From positions 4,376 through 68,375 of the forward strand of contig JAKAFY010000003.1 in assembly GCA_021817785.1 (NCBI GenBank): a stretch of 64,000 bases of DNA, given 5' to 3'. Positions 27,753 to 37,540 of this stretch are shown in pieces. The DNA comes from a bacterium. Its GTDB lineage: Bacteria > Patescibacteriota > Microgenomatia > UBA10105 > UBA927. Numbering within the stretch: the first letter of the stretch is position 1; the number at the start of each line of letters is the position of its first letter. The notes beneath the pieces are model-generated. The model saw only the letters and a list, made by a program, of their open reading frames with translations. It had not been told where the DNA came from and did no database searches. The translations under genes were made by a program, and so were the position numbers.

Positions 27753-28229
27753 TTACCCATCATGAGAGCTAGGCGTACGCAGAGAAAGAATTTTTTGGAT
27801 AAGCAGGAGGTCTTTTTCCCGGATGATCGGCAGATTTTCAAACGTAAAAAACTTCGCATTCACAACTTCTGTCGAGGGGGTAAATGTCCCACCAATAAAG
27901 GCACCGATATAGACAATGTCTAGTCGAGCTGTTTCTCGGTCTGTGCGGATGTTATACCGGGTATCAGCGCTTATAACCAATCCGGTTTCTTCTTTAACTT
28001 CCCGCTCCAACCCTTCTTTGGGATGTTCTTTCGCTTTGATATAGCCCCCGGGCAGACCCCAGGAAACCGCACGGTAGCTGTGTTTGAACAAAAGCACTTC
28101 GTGTTTGTCGTTAAAAATCACACCGGTCACCCCTACCAAAAATTGATCCTGGAACACCCTCATGAGCATAAGCTGAAGGTTTTTGGGCAAATGAAGTGCT
28201 TTCCACAGTTTGGCGAGTAAGCTACTCAT
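27753..28229 (-). CDS. NUDIX hydrolase
   Basis: Nudix box GGYIKAKEHPKEGLEREVKEETGL. Confidence 0.8.
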   Translation of the reverse strand: MSSLLAKLWKALHLPKNLQLMLMRVFQDQFLVGVTGVIFNDKHEVLLFKHSYRAVSWGLPGGYIKAKEHPKEGLEREVKEETGLVISADTRYNIRTDRETARLDIVYIGAFIGGTFTPSTEVVNAKFFTFENLPIIREKDLLLIQKILSLRTPSSHDG

Positions 28230-28579
28230 AGCGACTCATCGTCGGTGTCTTGTTCCCCATTTTTTGCCCTGAGCTTGGTATTGTCCAATTCCAATTCGTG
28301 GATGCGTTTCGTCAACTCGACGATTTCTTTTTTCTTCTCAGAAAGTTCTTTTTCCTTTTTGCCGAAGGCAAACATCCCGGGGATGGATTTAAAAAAATAG
28401 AAAAGCGAGGTAAAAATAATGCCGATGCCAAAGGATGCTAAAACGACGAAATACATGGGGATACTGGAAAGCGTGGATATACCAAAATGGACGGAAACCA
28501 GCGACGTATTCATCGTGGCAAAGTACCCGAAGAGTAGTCCAAATGCGATAAACAGCATCAGAGCTATCATAGAATTCAT
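28226..28579 (-). CDS. LapA/YciS-like small inner-membrane protein with C-terminal coiled coil
   Basis: Two N-terminal TM helices, then KKEKELSEKKKEIVELTKRIHELELDNTKLRAKN. Confidence 0.5.
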   Translation of the reverse strand: MNSMIALMLFIAFGLLFGYFATMNTSLVSVHFGISTLSSIPMYFVVLASFGIGIIFTSLFYFFKSIPGMFAFGKKEKELSEKKKEIVELTKRIHELELDNTKLRAKNGEQDTDDESL

Positions 28580-28620
28580 TCTACCATACCCGTATACCCG
28601 TAGCCTACATGACGCACGTA

Positions 28621-29094
28621 TTATTCCATCGCCTTACCTAATTGTTCCATAGCCCGAACAAGCGAGCCATTCGTGTATTTGGAAAAATCCACGTGTTTCT
28701 GATGGCCCTCCATAAGTCCTGCAAGGATACGCCGGGCTTTTTTGGCTTGGTGCTTCCATAAAAATACAATCTGTAATGTTTGTTCCAACGGACCCTGCGG
28801 AATAATCTCCAGCGTCGCAAAAAACGGATTATATTGTATAGATACCTGTCGGATATCGGGCAATTGTACACGAGTACTCGTGGCAGACCAAAAAAATAAC
28901 CCATGAATGACATCTATGTGGTTTGCCCGAATGATCACTTTATCGGTAAATAATACAAACGGGAAAACCGTTTTGATGACATACAAAGGTTCATTTGCTT
29001 CCTGAAGAAGTTCGGGGAGTGGATCCGGAAGGCGTACCTCCCTTCGAGCTGTCGTAGGAGTTATTTGAAATATGGTACCTCTCGGTTGTACCAT
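28621..29094 (-). CDS. hypothetical protein, possibly bacterial PH-like domain
   Basis: 157 aa; alternating beta-strand pattern; no firm assignment. Confidence 0.35.
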   Translation of the reverse strand: MVQPRGTIFQITPTTARREVRLPDPLPELLQEANEPLYVIKTVFPFVLFTDKVIIRANHIDVIHGLFFWSATSTRVQLPDIRQVSIQYNPFFATLEIIPQGPLEQTLQIVFLWKHQAKKARRILAGLMEGHQKHVDFSKYTNGSLVRAMEQLGKAME

Positions 29095-29152
29095 AATATG
29101 TATTATACATTACAAAACAAAATTATACTGGGATCCGTTATACTATATCCAT

Positions 29153-29794
29153 ATGACCAAACAACAAAAAGCTCTGGAAATATATAAACGACTGCTTAAG
29201 GATAATCCCCATCCCAGGGTAGAACTCCACTATACCACTCCCTTTGAACTGTTGGTGGCTACCATTCTGTCCGCCCAGTGCACCGACAAACTCGTCAACC
29301 TGGTCACTCCTGCCCTATTTGAAAAATATAAAACCATACAGGCGTATGCGGATGCGACGGTCAAAGACATAGATACCATGGTCGGGAAAGTAAATTTCCA
29401 TTCCAACAAAGCCAAAAATATCCAAGCCGCGGCCAAGATGATCATGAACGACTTTGGCGGCAACGTCCCTAAAACCATGAAAGAGCTGGATGCGTTGCCC
29501 GGGGTCGCGCGAAAGACGGCAAACGTCGTCCTGGGGAGCGCCTTTGGCATAGCCAGCGGCATCGTCATCGACACCCACGGCATACGCCTGGCAAACAAAC
29601 TGGGACTTACCACATCCAAAGATCCGGTTAAAATCGAACAGGACCTCATGAAGATTCTGCCCCAGGACGCATGGATTCAGTTTGGCAAGCTTTTAACCCT
29701 GCACGGGCGGTACGTCTGCACCGCGCGTCCGCATACGTGCGAGCCGTGTCCGTTAGGCGATCTGTGCCCGGAGTATGCAGCAAAGACACGCTAA
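29153..29794 (+). CDS. nth: endonuclease III (DNA glycosylase/AP lyase)
   Basis: HhH-GPD (LPGVARKTANVVL), catalytic Lys and Asp, C-terminal 4Fe-4S cluster loop C-X6-C-X2-C-X5-C. Confidence 0.9.
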   Translation: MTKQQKALEIYKRLLKDNPHPRVELHYTTPFELLVATILSAQCTDKLVNLVTPALFEKYKTIQAYADATVKDIDTMVGKVNFHSNKAKNIQAAAKMIMNDFGGNVPKTMKELDALPGVARKTANVVLGSAFGIASGIVIDTHGIRLANKLGLTTSKDPVKIEQDLMKILPQDAWIQFGKLLTLHGRYVCTARPHTCEPCPLGDLCPEYAAKTR

Positions 29795-30990
29795 TGCAGT
29801 ATCCTTCCGGTCGCCTGTTCAACCACATGCATGAATAACTTCGTGTCATATGCCGGCGTAAAGTGCGACGCTTCCGGCACGATGAATACCTTTGCCACGT
29901 GTTTTACCTGCTTATTTGCTTTTCGGACATGGGATACTTTCATAAACCGGTCGTTTTCCAAATAGACGAGACTGGTATGTAAGCGTATGTTCTGTTTGGC
30001 AAGCGTATCCGTCACCTTTTGGAGTTGGGTATCCATCCCGCCGGAAATCATTGCAGCCATTTTAAGGCGTGTGACCCAGATATAGGGCAATAATGAATAC
30101 CACGCGACATGTTCCGACGGGTTATAGAGATCGTGCATAAATCCTTTCAGCGACGGATCGATGAGGTCGCCGCTTAGCAGCGTAGGAATATATGGTTTGA
30201 TGAGCGCGTTGCGTTCGGCAAGTAATTTCTGATCTACCGTGCCGGTGCTGGCAACAGCCTGGGTGAGTGATGCATCAATCGTTTCTAGTCGGGACAATAA
30301 TTGGCCTGCATCCTGCGGCGGCAGCCTAGTACGGGCGAATGTATGAAATTTCTTTTGGAGCTCCGTCGACTTCGGCGGCTTTTGTGCTACGGCCAAACGC
30401 AGAAGGGCTTTGCGTGCGTTTGGAATCTCCTTTGGCACCGGAATCGTCTGCATATCCCCGGCAAGCGGTAGCTCCGGCACTATTTTTGCAGCCACGGCAG
30501 GAGGCAGTGGATAGGCGATATGCGCCTCGAACGTATCCCGGTTATGAAGTATGCGCGCCGACCCGGATACCAAATTCCCCAACGCATCCAACCCTTTGGA
30601 TCCGTATTCTATGGGAGACACCACCGCAAGATCTATTGTTTTCCCTTTATACCGGTCGTCTTTGGCTATGGCATTCAGAAATGCCACCGCCTCGACACCT
30701 CCCATGGAATGCGCGATGATCACAATCTCCTTTTTATTTTTCACCTTCTGAAACAGTGTATCGGCCAATCGTTCGTAGCGTTTTGTAGTAAATCGATCGC
30801 GTTTGGCCGCGGTAGCAGACGTAATGGATTCTTCGTAATGAAAATCGGAGCCGAAACGTTTTTTGGCCTCGGCTGCCCCCGACCACATCCCTTTCCCCGA
30901 CGCGGGAGCCCCGGGGAACATGACGACAAAATAATCTTTCGTCGTCTTGGCGCCCTCGACAAATGGTGACAGGCGGGTTTGTTCAGCCAT
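29791..30990 (-). CDS. alpha/beta-hydrolase-fold protein (lipase/esterase-like) with C-terminal extension
   Basis: Nucleophile elbow IIAHSMGG; about 200-aa C-terminal helical region of unknown function. Confidence 0.55.
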   Translation of the reverse strand: MAEQTRLSPFVEGAKTTKDYFVVMFPGAPASGKGMWSGAAEAKKRFGSDFHYEESITSATAAKRDRFTTKRYERLADTLFQKVKNKKEIVIIAHSMGGVEAVAFLNAIAKDDRYKGKTIDLAVVSPIEYGSKGLDALGNLVSGSARILHNRDTFEAHIAYPLPPAVAAKIVPELPLAGDMQTIPVPKEIPNARKALLRLAVAQKPPKSTELQKKFHTFARTRLPPQDAGQLLSRLETIDASLTQAVASTGTVDQKLLAERNALIKPYIPTLLSGDLIDPSLKGFMHDLYNPSEHVAWYSLLPYIWVTRLKMAAMISGGMDTQLQKVTDTLAKQNIRLHTSLVYLENDRFMKVSHVRKANKQVKHVAKVFIVPEASHFTPAYDTKLFMHVVEQATGRILH

Positions 30991-31053
30991 ATAGTGTCAG
31001 TTATACCATACGCACAATTTCCCCGTACACCGCAAGTATTGTAAAATGACCGT

Positions 31054-31944
31054 ATGCAGTTTAACAACATCGCCGTGGTCGACAAACTGAGCATCACCGA
31101 AGATGCGAAACAAAAAATCCAAACGTTTTCCGCATCCCCCATGACGTTTCCTGCGACGGACGCTACTACCGATGAAGCGCGCATACAACGTATCGGAAAT
31201 GCCGATGCGGTACTCGGGTCCTGGATGACTGCCATAAACCAAACGGTGTTGGATGCTTGTCCTCATATACGCTATATCGGCATCTGCGGTACCAACCTCA
31301 AAAATATCGATCTGGATGCGGCAGCCGCACGCGGGATTACCGTCAAAAATGTCCTCGACTACAGCGATGAAGCCACGGCAGAATACGTATTCACCCAACT
31401 GTTTATGCTCGCCAGAGGCATGGGTCCGTACCAATGGAAATCCGAGCCCTGTGAATTAAACGGCAAGACCATGGGAATTATCGGCCTGGGAGCCGTGGGC
31501 CAGGAAACCGCGCGGCTCGCGCTGGGATGCAACATGAAGGTGGTATACAACGCACGGAGCCGTCACGAGGATTGGGAACGCAAAGGGCTTGTCTATGCCA
31601 GCATACCGGAATTGCTGGAGCAGAGCGATATCGTAAGTTTGCACGTTCCCAAACATACCCTGGTGCTTACCGAAAAGGAATTTGCCCATATGGCACGCGT
31701 ATCGGTACTGGTGGAAACTTGCCTGGGCACGATCTTTGATATGGCAGCATTTAAACGCTGGATGAAACAAGGTACGCATTTTGCGATCTTTGACCACAAG
31801 TTGGATATCTATGATGACGTAAAGGATATGGAACGGGTCATCGGCGCAAATGCCGGGCAGGCGGGTATCACCCTGGAGTCCCGGCAGCGGCTCAGCAACA
31901 AAGTCATCGGGAACATAGAGTCGTATATGCAATCCCACATATGA
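31054..31944 (+). CDS. D-isomer-specific 2-hydroxyacid dehydrogenase family
   Basis: NAD-binding GIIGLGAVG; catalytic Arg/Glu/His pattern. Confidence 0.85.
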   Translation: MQFNNIAVVDKLSITEDAKQKIQTFSASPMTFPATDATTDEARIQRIGNADAVLGSWMTAINQTVLDACPHIRYIGICGTNLKNIDLDAAAARGITVKNVLDYSDEATAEYVFTQLFMLARGMGPYQWKSEPCELNGKTMGIIGLGAVGQETARLALGCNMKVVYNARSRHEDWERKGLVYASIPELLEQSDIVSLHVPKHTLVLTEKEFAHMARVSVLVETCLGTIFDMAAFKRWMKQGTHFAIFDHKLDIYDDVKDMERVIGANAGQAGITLESRQRLSNKVIGNIESYMQSHI

Positions 31945-32815
31945 ATATCATAGCGGGCATCGTCGGATTATTTGTTCTCACTGCCGGTTTTCTCTTCGCA
32001 TATGCCTGGTTCCGATTACACGCTTCGCTCCACGTCCACACAAATGAACATGAAGACTTACTCAGAACCTACCCGCTGAAACATACGGACGTACATCTGA
32101 CAACCAGGGACGGATTTAGTATAGCTGCGTGGTACATTCCCGTTCCGAAACCCAAAGCGGTCGTCATATTGCTTCACGGATTTACGGATGTAAACGGAGG
32201 CAAAGCACTCATGCTTCCGCATGCCGCGTATTTACATGCGCACGGATATACCACGCTCCTTATCGATTTCAGAGCCAACGGCGACAGTGATGGCACCCAC
32301 TGTACACTGGGCGTTACCGAATGGCAGGACGCAGAAGCCGCATTTGACTATGCAGCAAAACAACCCGAAAACACAAATGTTCGTATCGGATTTTTTGGCA
32401 TTTCTATGGGAGCCGCTACAGCAATCATCACCGCGGGAAAAACCGGAAAAGGCGATTTTGTCATCGCCTCGGTGCCATATGCAGGATACCACGCAATGTT
32501 TGCCTATCAGAGCGCAAAAGAACATCTGCCCCTTGGCTCATTGTCCCATTTCTTTCACTGGCCGCCCGGATAGAACTTGGCGTTTCGTTTCCATCATACG
32601 ATCCTTCCAAATGGATTCCCCGTGTTCATGTGCCGTTTCTTGTATTCGCAGCCAAAAGGGACCGCGACGTAGGGTACCGCCAACCGGAGTATCTGTACCA
32701 GCTGGCCCACGCCCCGAAAACGCTGTGGTCACCCGATACCCAGCATGACATACATGCGGAAAAACCAAAAGAGTTTGAGAAGCATATACTATCTTTTCTC
32801 GATAAAATCCGATAA
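31941..32815 (+). pseudogene. alpha/beta hydrolase interrupted by a frameshift near 32560-32575
   Basis: Frame 0 ends ...HFFHWPPG* at 32573, yet the +2 frame stays open across the same region and continues as ...PFLVFAAKRD...LYQ...H..P.EF (the normal hydrolase C-terminus with catalytic Asp and His). GxSxG is GISMGAA. Confidence 0.5.
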
Positions 32816-32829
32816 TATAGCCTACGAAT

Positions 32830-33591
32830 ATGGCCGTACAGGAACTTACGAAGCGAAGCGCCGGTGAACTGATGCCTCCCCCGCATGCCTATGGCCCCGA
32901 GGCAATCCGCAATATAAACGGCAAGTTTGTATGTGATATAAACTTGGGCGGCAATGCCGTGACCCTTCCGCTCATCAATGTGGGAAAGGACAAACCAAAC
33001 TGGGTAGCATATGCCGATGTACGCCAAAACGTAGAACTGGCTATGGCAGCCCTTCCCGAAATGGTAAGTCGTATTTATACGGCTATCCAAAACGGAGCGT
33101 CCATAGACGCCATTGTCACCCCGCAATCAGACAAATCCGAGGCATTTATCCGCTCCGTCACGCTCGAGCTTTCGCGTCGCCTGGGTCGGGTCATCCCACT
33201 TATTCAGCTTGTGGGCAGTATAGATAATCCGGAATTTGTCAAAAACAAGTCCGCTCCGGGATTGACGACCGAATGCGTGTCCGTCGTCTCCAAAGCCAAG
33301 GGCATCACGAAAACGATCGGCATGACGGAAAAAGATGCGCAGATTTTAAAAGCCGTCGACGGCAGGGTCGCGTGGGTGGACGACGTCCTGACCACCGGTA
33401 CCACGCGGGAAAAGTCATTTTATCTTATAAATAAAGCACTCGGAAAACCGGAGGATACGACGTACCCCACGTTTGTGATCGCCGTGGAAAGCGAATGGGG
33501 GCCCGCGTATCCGAAAGCGTTTCCGGAATACAATGCCATCTACCAGACCCCGGAATTTACTACACTTATCCCTGACATTCTTCGCAAATAA
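32830..33591 (+). CDS. phosphoribosyltransferase-domain protein
   Basis: PRPP-binding motif VAWVDDVLTTGTT in the C-terminal half; N-terminal half unassigned. Confidence 0.55.
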   Translation: MAVQELTKRSAGELMPPPHAYGPEAIRNINGKFVCDINLGGNAVTLPLINVGKDKPNWVAYADVRQNVELAMAALPEMVSRIYTAIQNGASIDAIVTPQSDKSEAFIRSVTLELSRRLGRVIPLIQLVGSIDNPEFVKNKSAPGLTTECVSVVSKAKGITKTIGMTEKDAQILKAVDGRVAWVDDVLTTGTTREKSFYLINKALGKPEDTTYPTFVIAVESEWGPAYPKAFPEYNAIYQTPEFTTLIPDILRK

Positions 33592-33616
33592 ATTGGAAAG
33601 AGTTCCGCGGTGGTTT

Positions 33617-33997
33617 TTACATCGTCACGTTTGGGGTGTGTACGAGCGAAACAATATCGTGTGTGGTACTCTCCAGCACGATACCCACTACGTCTATCCG
33701 AAGCGACCGGGGGACAAGGGGGTGGGTTGCGACATAATACTCCGCAGCACGGATAATGTCCCGCAACTTCTTCGGCGTGACCGCTTCTTCCGGGGTCCCG
33801 AATTCGGCACCAATACGGGTTTTGACCTCGACAAATACCAGCGTTTCGCCGTCTCTGGCGATGATGTCCAGTTCGCCATAGCGGGCTTTGAAATTGCGGC
33901 CAATGATTCGGAACCCTTTGCGGGAAAGATACGTTGCGGCGAGGTCTTCGCCGAGCTTACCCACGGACTGATTATCTGACTTTATGTGCCGCGCCAT
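33617..33997 (-). CDS. YraN-family (UPF0102) endonuclease-like protein
   Basis: GEDLAATYLSRKGFRIIGRN...GELDIIARDGETLVFVEVKTR. Confidence 0.8.
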   Translation of the reverse strand: MARHIKSDNQSVGKLGEDLAATYLSRKGFRIIGRNFKARYGELDIIARDGETLVFVEVKTRIGAEFGTPEEAVTPKKLRDIIRAAEYYVATHPLVPRSLRIDVVGIVLESTTHDIVSLVHTPNVTM

Positions 33998-34024
33998 AGT
34001 AGCCCCCCCGTTCTTCACAGTGTA

Positions 34025-34813
34025 CTACGGGAGGGGTTTGGCAAGAAGTGTAAGGAACGCATACACGTCCGATACATCGCGGAGATAGTATCGGGCGAGG
34101 GATGTGTAACTTCTGCCCACATGGATCGTCAGCGCCGAGGGAAAAGCACGGAAGACATCTTCATCCGTCGTATCGTCTCCGATATAGATGCACACTGTAT
34201 CCTCGGTCCGTATGCCTTCCTCAGAAAGTACGCGGGAAATCACGGATGCTTTGGTCCAGGAGATATTCGGACGGACATCGATGTCTGTCCCCCCCGGGAT
34301 AACCGCAAATAGGCGTGCGTTTTCCGTATGGGCGATACGCTCCAGTATGCCGGTGCGCGCACGGGGCACAGAGACCGGAGATACCGATCGCAACTGTATG
34401 CTGATACTTAGTCCTTTCCAGTCCACATGGGCTCCCGGGTATTTCTCTATATACTGAACGCACGCCGTGTACAGCGCCTGCAACGCTTCCGGATATGCGG
34501 CAGGCACCGCGGCCGTTTCATATGTACCCCGTATGACCCACTCCAGCCCGTGATTACCTGCCACCACAACCGATTCCGGTACCTGTACATAGTGCGACAG
34601 ATCCGCGACCGTTCTGCCGCTTATGATACCGACCGTATATCCCGGACGCGCCGCAAGTGTCTTCAGTATGTGGGGAAGCGTCTCCGGAACACGGATTGCG
34701 TCGGGTGCCGGAGCCAAAGGAACTATAGTGCCGTCGAAATCCAAGAACAACGCGACGCTGGGCGCGCGGATGACGCGCTGCACCATGACCCTGTCGGAGA
34801 GGAGGTAGTTCAT
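34025..34813 (-). CDS. otsB: trehalose-6-phosphate phosphatase (HAD-IIB)
   Basis: LFLDFDGT motif I, IGDDTTDE motif; adjacent to otsA. Confidence 0.8.
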   Translation of the reverse strand: MNYLLSDRVMVQRVIRAPSVALFLDFDGTIVPLAPAPDAIRVPETLPHILKTLAARPGYTVGIISGRTVADLSHYVQVPESVVVAGNHGLEWVIRGTYETAAVPAAYPEALQALYTACVQYIEKYPGAHVDWKGLSISIQLRSVSPVSVPRARTGILERIAHTENARLFAVIPGGTDIDVRPNISWTKASVISRVLSEEGIRTEDTVCIYIGDDTTDEDVFRAFPSALTIHVGRSYTSLARYYLRDVSDVYAFLTLLAKPLP

Positions 34814-37038
34814 CAGGATAATTTGATCATCGACCGCAAAAATTCCGCGGACCAGCGGTACACATTGTATTCTTTGACTAAGCTGCGCATTTTGCGCATC
34901 CTGCGGGTCTGGTCGGATTGCAGCATTTCAAAGCCTTCGCGGATGGCATCCGACACTTCGGCGATGTTATACGGGTTGACGATGAGGGCGTCCCTAAGCT
35001 CCCGGGAGGCTCCGGCAAACTGGCTTAAAATCAGCACGCCTTTTTCATCCCTGTGGGATGCGATGTATTCTTTCGCTACCAGATTCATGCCGTCGTGAAG
35101 CGACGTCACCAGACACACGTCCGATTCCCGGTAGAGTGCGTCGATTTCCTCGTGCGTATGCAGGCGTTTGGAAAAAAGGATCGGCTGCCAGGATCCGCTT
35201 TGATATTTTTTGTTGATCCGGGAAACCGCCGCATCCACTTCGTGTTCAAACTCCTTATATTGTTTGATTTTCGTGCGGGACGGGGCTGCTATCTGTACAA
35301 ACAACGTTTTAGTGCGGTACGCAGGATACGTCTCCAAAAACAGGTCGATCGCCTGCAGGCGTTCCAGTATGCCCTTGGTATAATCCAGCCGGTCGACGCC
35401 GATGGCGACATGCGGCATGGATTTCATGACATCAAATTCTTTCCCGAGGGTATAGCCTTCTCCGCGTGCGGCAACCGAGGTATCGGTAAATGCGATGCTG
35501 ATAGGAAACGGCTTTACCGTCGTCATATGCCCGCCGCGTACCACCGCAAACTGCTGCCAGTCGATCAGCGATTCCAGTTCTTTCCCCACCGTGTCGACGA
35601 AGTTATTACAATGGAGCTGGGTATGAAAACCCAACAGGTCAGAACCCAACATGCCGTCCAGCAACTCTTTGCGGTACGGGCATACGCTGAAGGATTCCCA
35701 GTTCGGCCACGGGATGTGCCAAAACAGTCCGATGGTCGCATCCGGCCGCGCACGCTTGACCATGCGCGGCAATAGCGCGAAATGATAATCCTGGATAAAC
35801 AGTATCGGCCGGTGGACGTCTTTGATTTCGGATAATACTACCTCGGCAAATTTGCCGTTGACCGCTTTGTATGCCTCCCAGTCCTCTTTGCGGAACATGG
35901 GGCGTGTATGGGCAATATGGCATAGTGGCCACAGCCCTTCGTTGGCAAAGCCGTAATAATACCCGTTTTCTTCCTTTTCGGTAAGCCATACGCGGCGCAG
36001 CGTATACTTGGGGTCATCCGGCGGCACCCTTATACGGTCGTGGGCGTCAACCACTTCCCTATCCCCGGAGCCGCTGCCGTGGGCTATCCACGTCCCGCCG
36101 CAGGCATGCATCATGGGTTCTATGGCGGTAGCCAACCCGCTCGCCGGCACATGATACTGGGTGATGCCGTTTTCTTTGGTATGGATATATGGCTCACGGT
36201 TGGAGATCGTATATATTTTGCGGCCTTTGACGATGTCTTTAACAAATTCGCTGAGCCGCTCCGCCGTCCAGGGCGTATCCAGTTTTTCCAGCCGCAACCG
36301 CGCTTCTACCTGCGCCCGCACGTTGGCTTCCGACAAACTCCGGCGTACGTTTTCGACCTCCACGGCAAGCGGCCGCAAAAACGGATTGTTCGGCAGTTTG
36401 CGCTCCGAGGGTTCGGATGACGAGTTTCTCACGGCTTTCAGGGAGAATACGAGCGCACGCACCGGCTCATAGATCACCCACTGCAATACCATGAGCACGG
36501 CGAGGGATAATAAAAATGCCTGGGTAAACAGGCGGATGACGTTGTTGCGCCATATGGCAAACAGCCGGGAATCGATATAGGAGGCGTTTTGGGCTACCAT
36601 GAGTGCTCCGACCACGCTTTTGGTGTCATGCAGCGGCAATGCAAATATGTACACCTTGCCGCTGGGGAGCGTCACAAAATCCCCGTTTGCTTTGTCCGCG
36701 TCCATGACCTCGGACACGATCGTCGTAATCTGTTTGTCGTTGGGGGGGATGGCCGCGGAGGCGGCGACAGTCGCCGTTTTGTTGTCGTAGATCGCCAGTC
36801 CCGCAAACCGTTCTTTGGTGGCAAAGCGTTCGACGACGTTTTGCAGATAGGTATTGGATTTATTGATAAAATTGGGTTCTACGGATTCCCGGAGACTGTC
36901 GGCGACTAGGGTGGAGCGGTACTGCAGATCCGTCTGTAGGCTTTTTTCCTCCTGGTTTACCTGATTGACCGTAAACGTGACGGTGATCAGTGACGCAACC
37001 AGGATGACAAACAGGATGGAACCGATAATTCTCTTCAT
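34813..37038 (-). CDS. otsA: trehalose-6-phosphate synthase (GT20) fused to an N-terminal membrane-flanked extracytoplasmic domain
   Basis: C-terminal 470 aa carry OtsA motifs (GLFWHIPWPNWE, GT-B fold). The N-terminal 280 aa hold TM1 (IIGSILFVILVASLITV), a 150-aa exported domain and TM2 (LFTQAFLLSLAVLMVLQWVIY). Start taken at MKRIIG; an upstream GTG/ATG at 37089 is possible. Confidence 0.85.
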   Translation of the reverse strand: MKRIIGSILFVILVASLITVTFTVNQVNQEEKSLQTDLQYRSTLVADSLRESVEPNFINKSNTYLQNVVERFATKERFAGLAIYDNKTATVAASAAIPPNDKQITTIVSEVMDADKANGDFVTLPSGKVYIFALPLHDTKSVVGALMVAQNASYIDSRLFAIWRNNVIRLFTQAFLLSLAVLMVLQWVIYEPVRALVFSLKAVRNSSSEPSERKLPNNPFLRPLAVEVENVRRSLSEANVRAQVEARLRLEKLDTPWTAERLSEFVKDIVKGRKIYTISNREPYIHTKENGITQYHVPASGLATAIEPMMHACGGTWIAHGSGSGDREVVDAHDRIRVPPDDPKYTLRRVWLTEKEENGYYYGFANEGLWPLCHIAHTRPMFRKEDWEAYKAVNGKFAEVVLSEIKDVHRPILFIQDYHFALLPRMVKRARPDATIGLFWHIPWPNWESFSVCPYRKELLDGMLGSDLLGFHTQLHCNNFVDTVGKELESLIDWQQFAVVRGGHMTTVKPFPISIAFTDTSVAARGEGYTLGKEFDVMKSMPHVAIGVDRLDYTKGILERLQAIDLFLETYPAYRTKTLFVQIAAPSRTKIKQYKEFEHEVDAAVSRINKKYQSGSWQPILFSKRLHTHEEIDALYRESDVCLVTSLHDGMNLVAKEYIASHRDEKGVLILSQFAGASRELRDALIVNPYNIAEVSDAIREGFEMLQSDQTRRMRKMRSLVKEYNVYRWSAEFLRSMIKLS

Positions 37039-37130
37039 CGTTTTTTTGGCGGTGTACCTACAAACAAAAGGAATACTATTGTACCGCACACCCTATGGGG
37101 GTTGTCAAACAAAGGGAATGGTTTGGGGCG

Positions 37131-37532
37131 TTATGACGCGTTGCCGGTCTGAGTGACGCGGGTCGCTTCCTTGCCGAGCTTTCCGCGGAGGAAATATAAT
37201 TTCGCGCGGCGTACTTCTCCGTGTTTTTTGACTTCCATCTTGCGGATCCATGGGGATACTAACGGGAAAATGCGTTCAATGCCTACTGCCGCCGCTCCGA
37301 TTTTCCGCACCGTAAACATGCAGTCGGCACCGCTTCCTTTGATGGCGATGACGATGCCTTCAAATACCTGGATACGTTCGCGGGTCTCTTCTTTGACTTC
37401 GCGTTTGGTTTTGCCGGCGACTTTTTCCTTTTCGATGAGTTTGTAGTGGACGCGCACCAGATCGCCGACGTGAAAGTCGACTGAGAGATCTTTATCCCCG
37501 TCTTTGCCGGTCCAGGTAGTCATGTTTGCCAT
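37131..37532 (-). CDS. rplS: 50S ribosomal protein L19
   Basis: [16 protein letters not shown]...[11 protein letters not shown]...FTVRKI...GIERIFPL...RRAKLYFLR. Confidence 0.9.
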   Translation of the reverse strand: MANMTTWTGKDGDKDLSVDFHVGDLVRVHYKLIEKEKVAGKTKREVKEETRERIQVFEGIVIAIKGSGADCMFTVRKIGAAAVGIERIFPLVSPWIRKMEVKKHGEVRRAKLYFLRGKLGKEATRVTQTGNAS

Positions 37533-37540
37533 AAGAGTAC

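Noticed and set aside
37039-37089. Upstream extension of otsA (MRYNSIPFVCRYTAKKT)
   Set aside because: The extension adds 17 residues before a canonical signal-anchor start (MKRIIGSILF). There is no RBS at either start, so the shorter form was kept. Uncertain.
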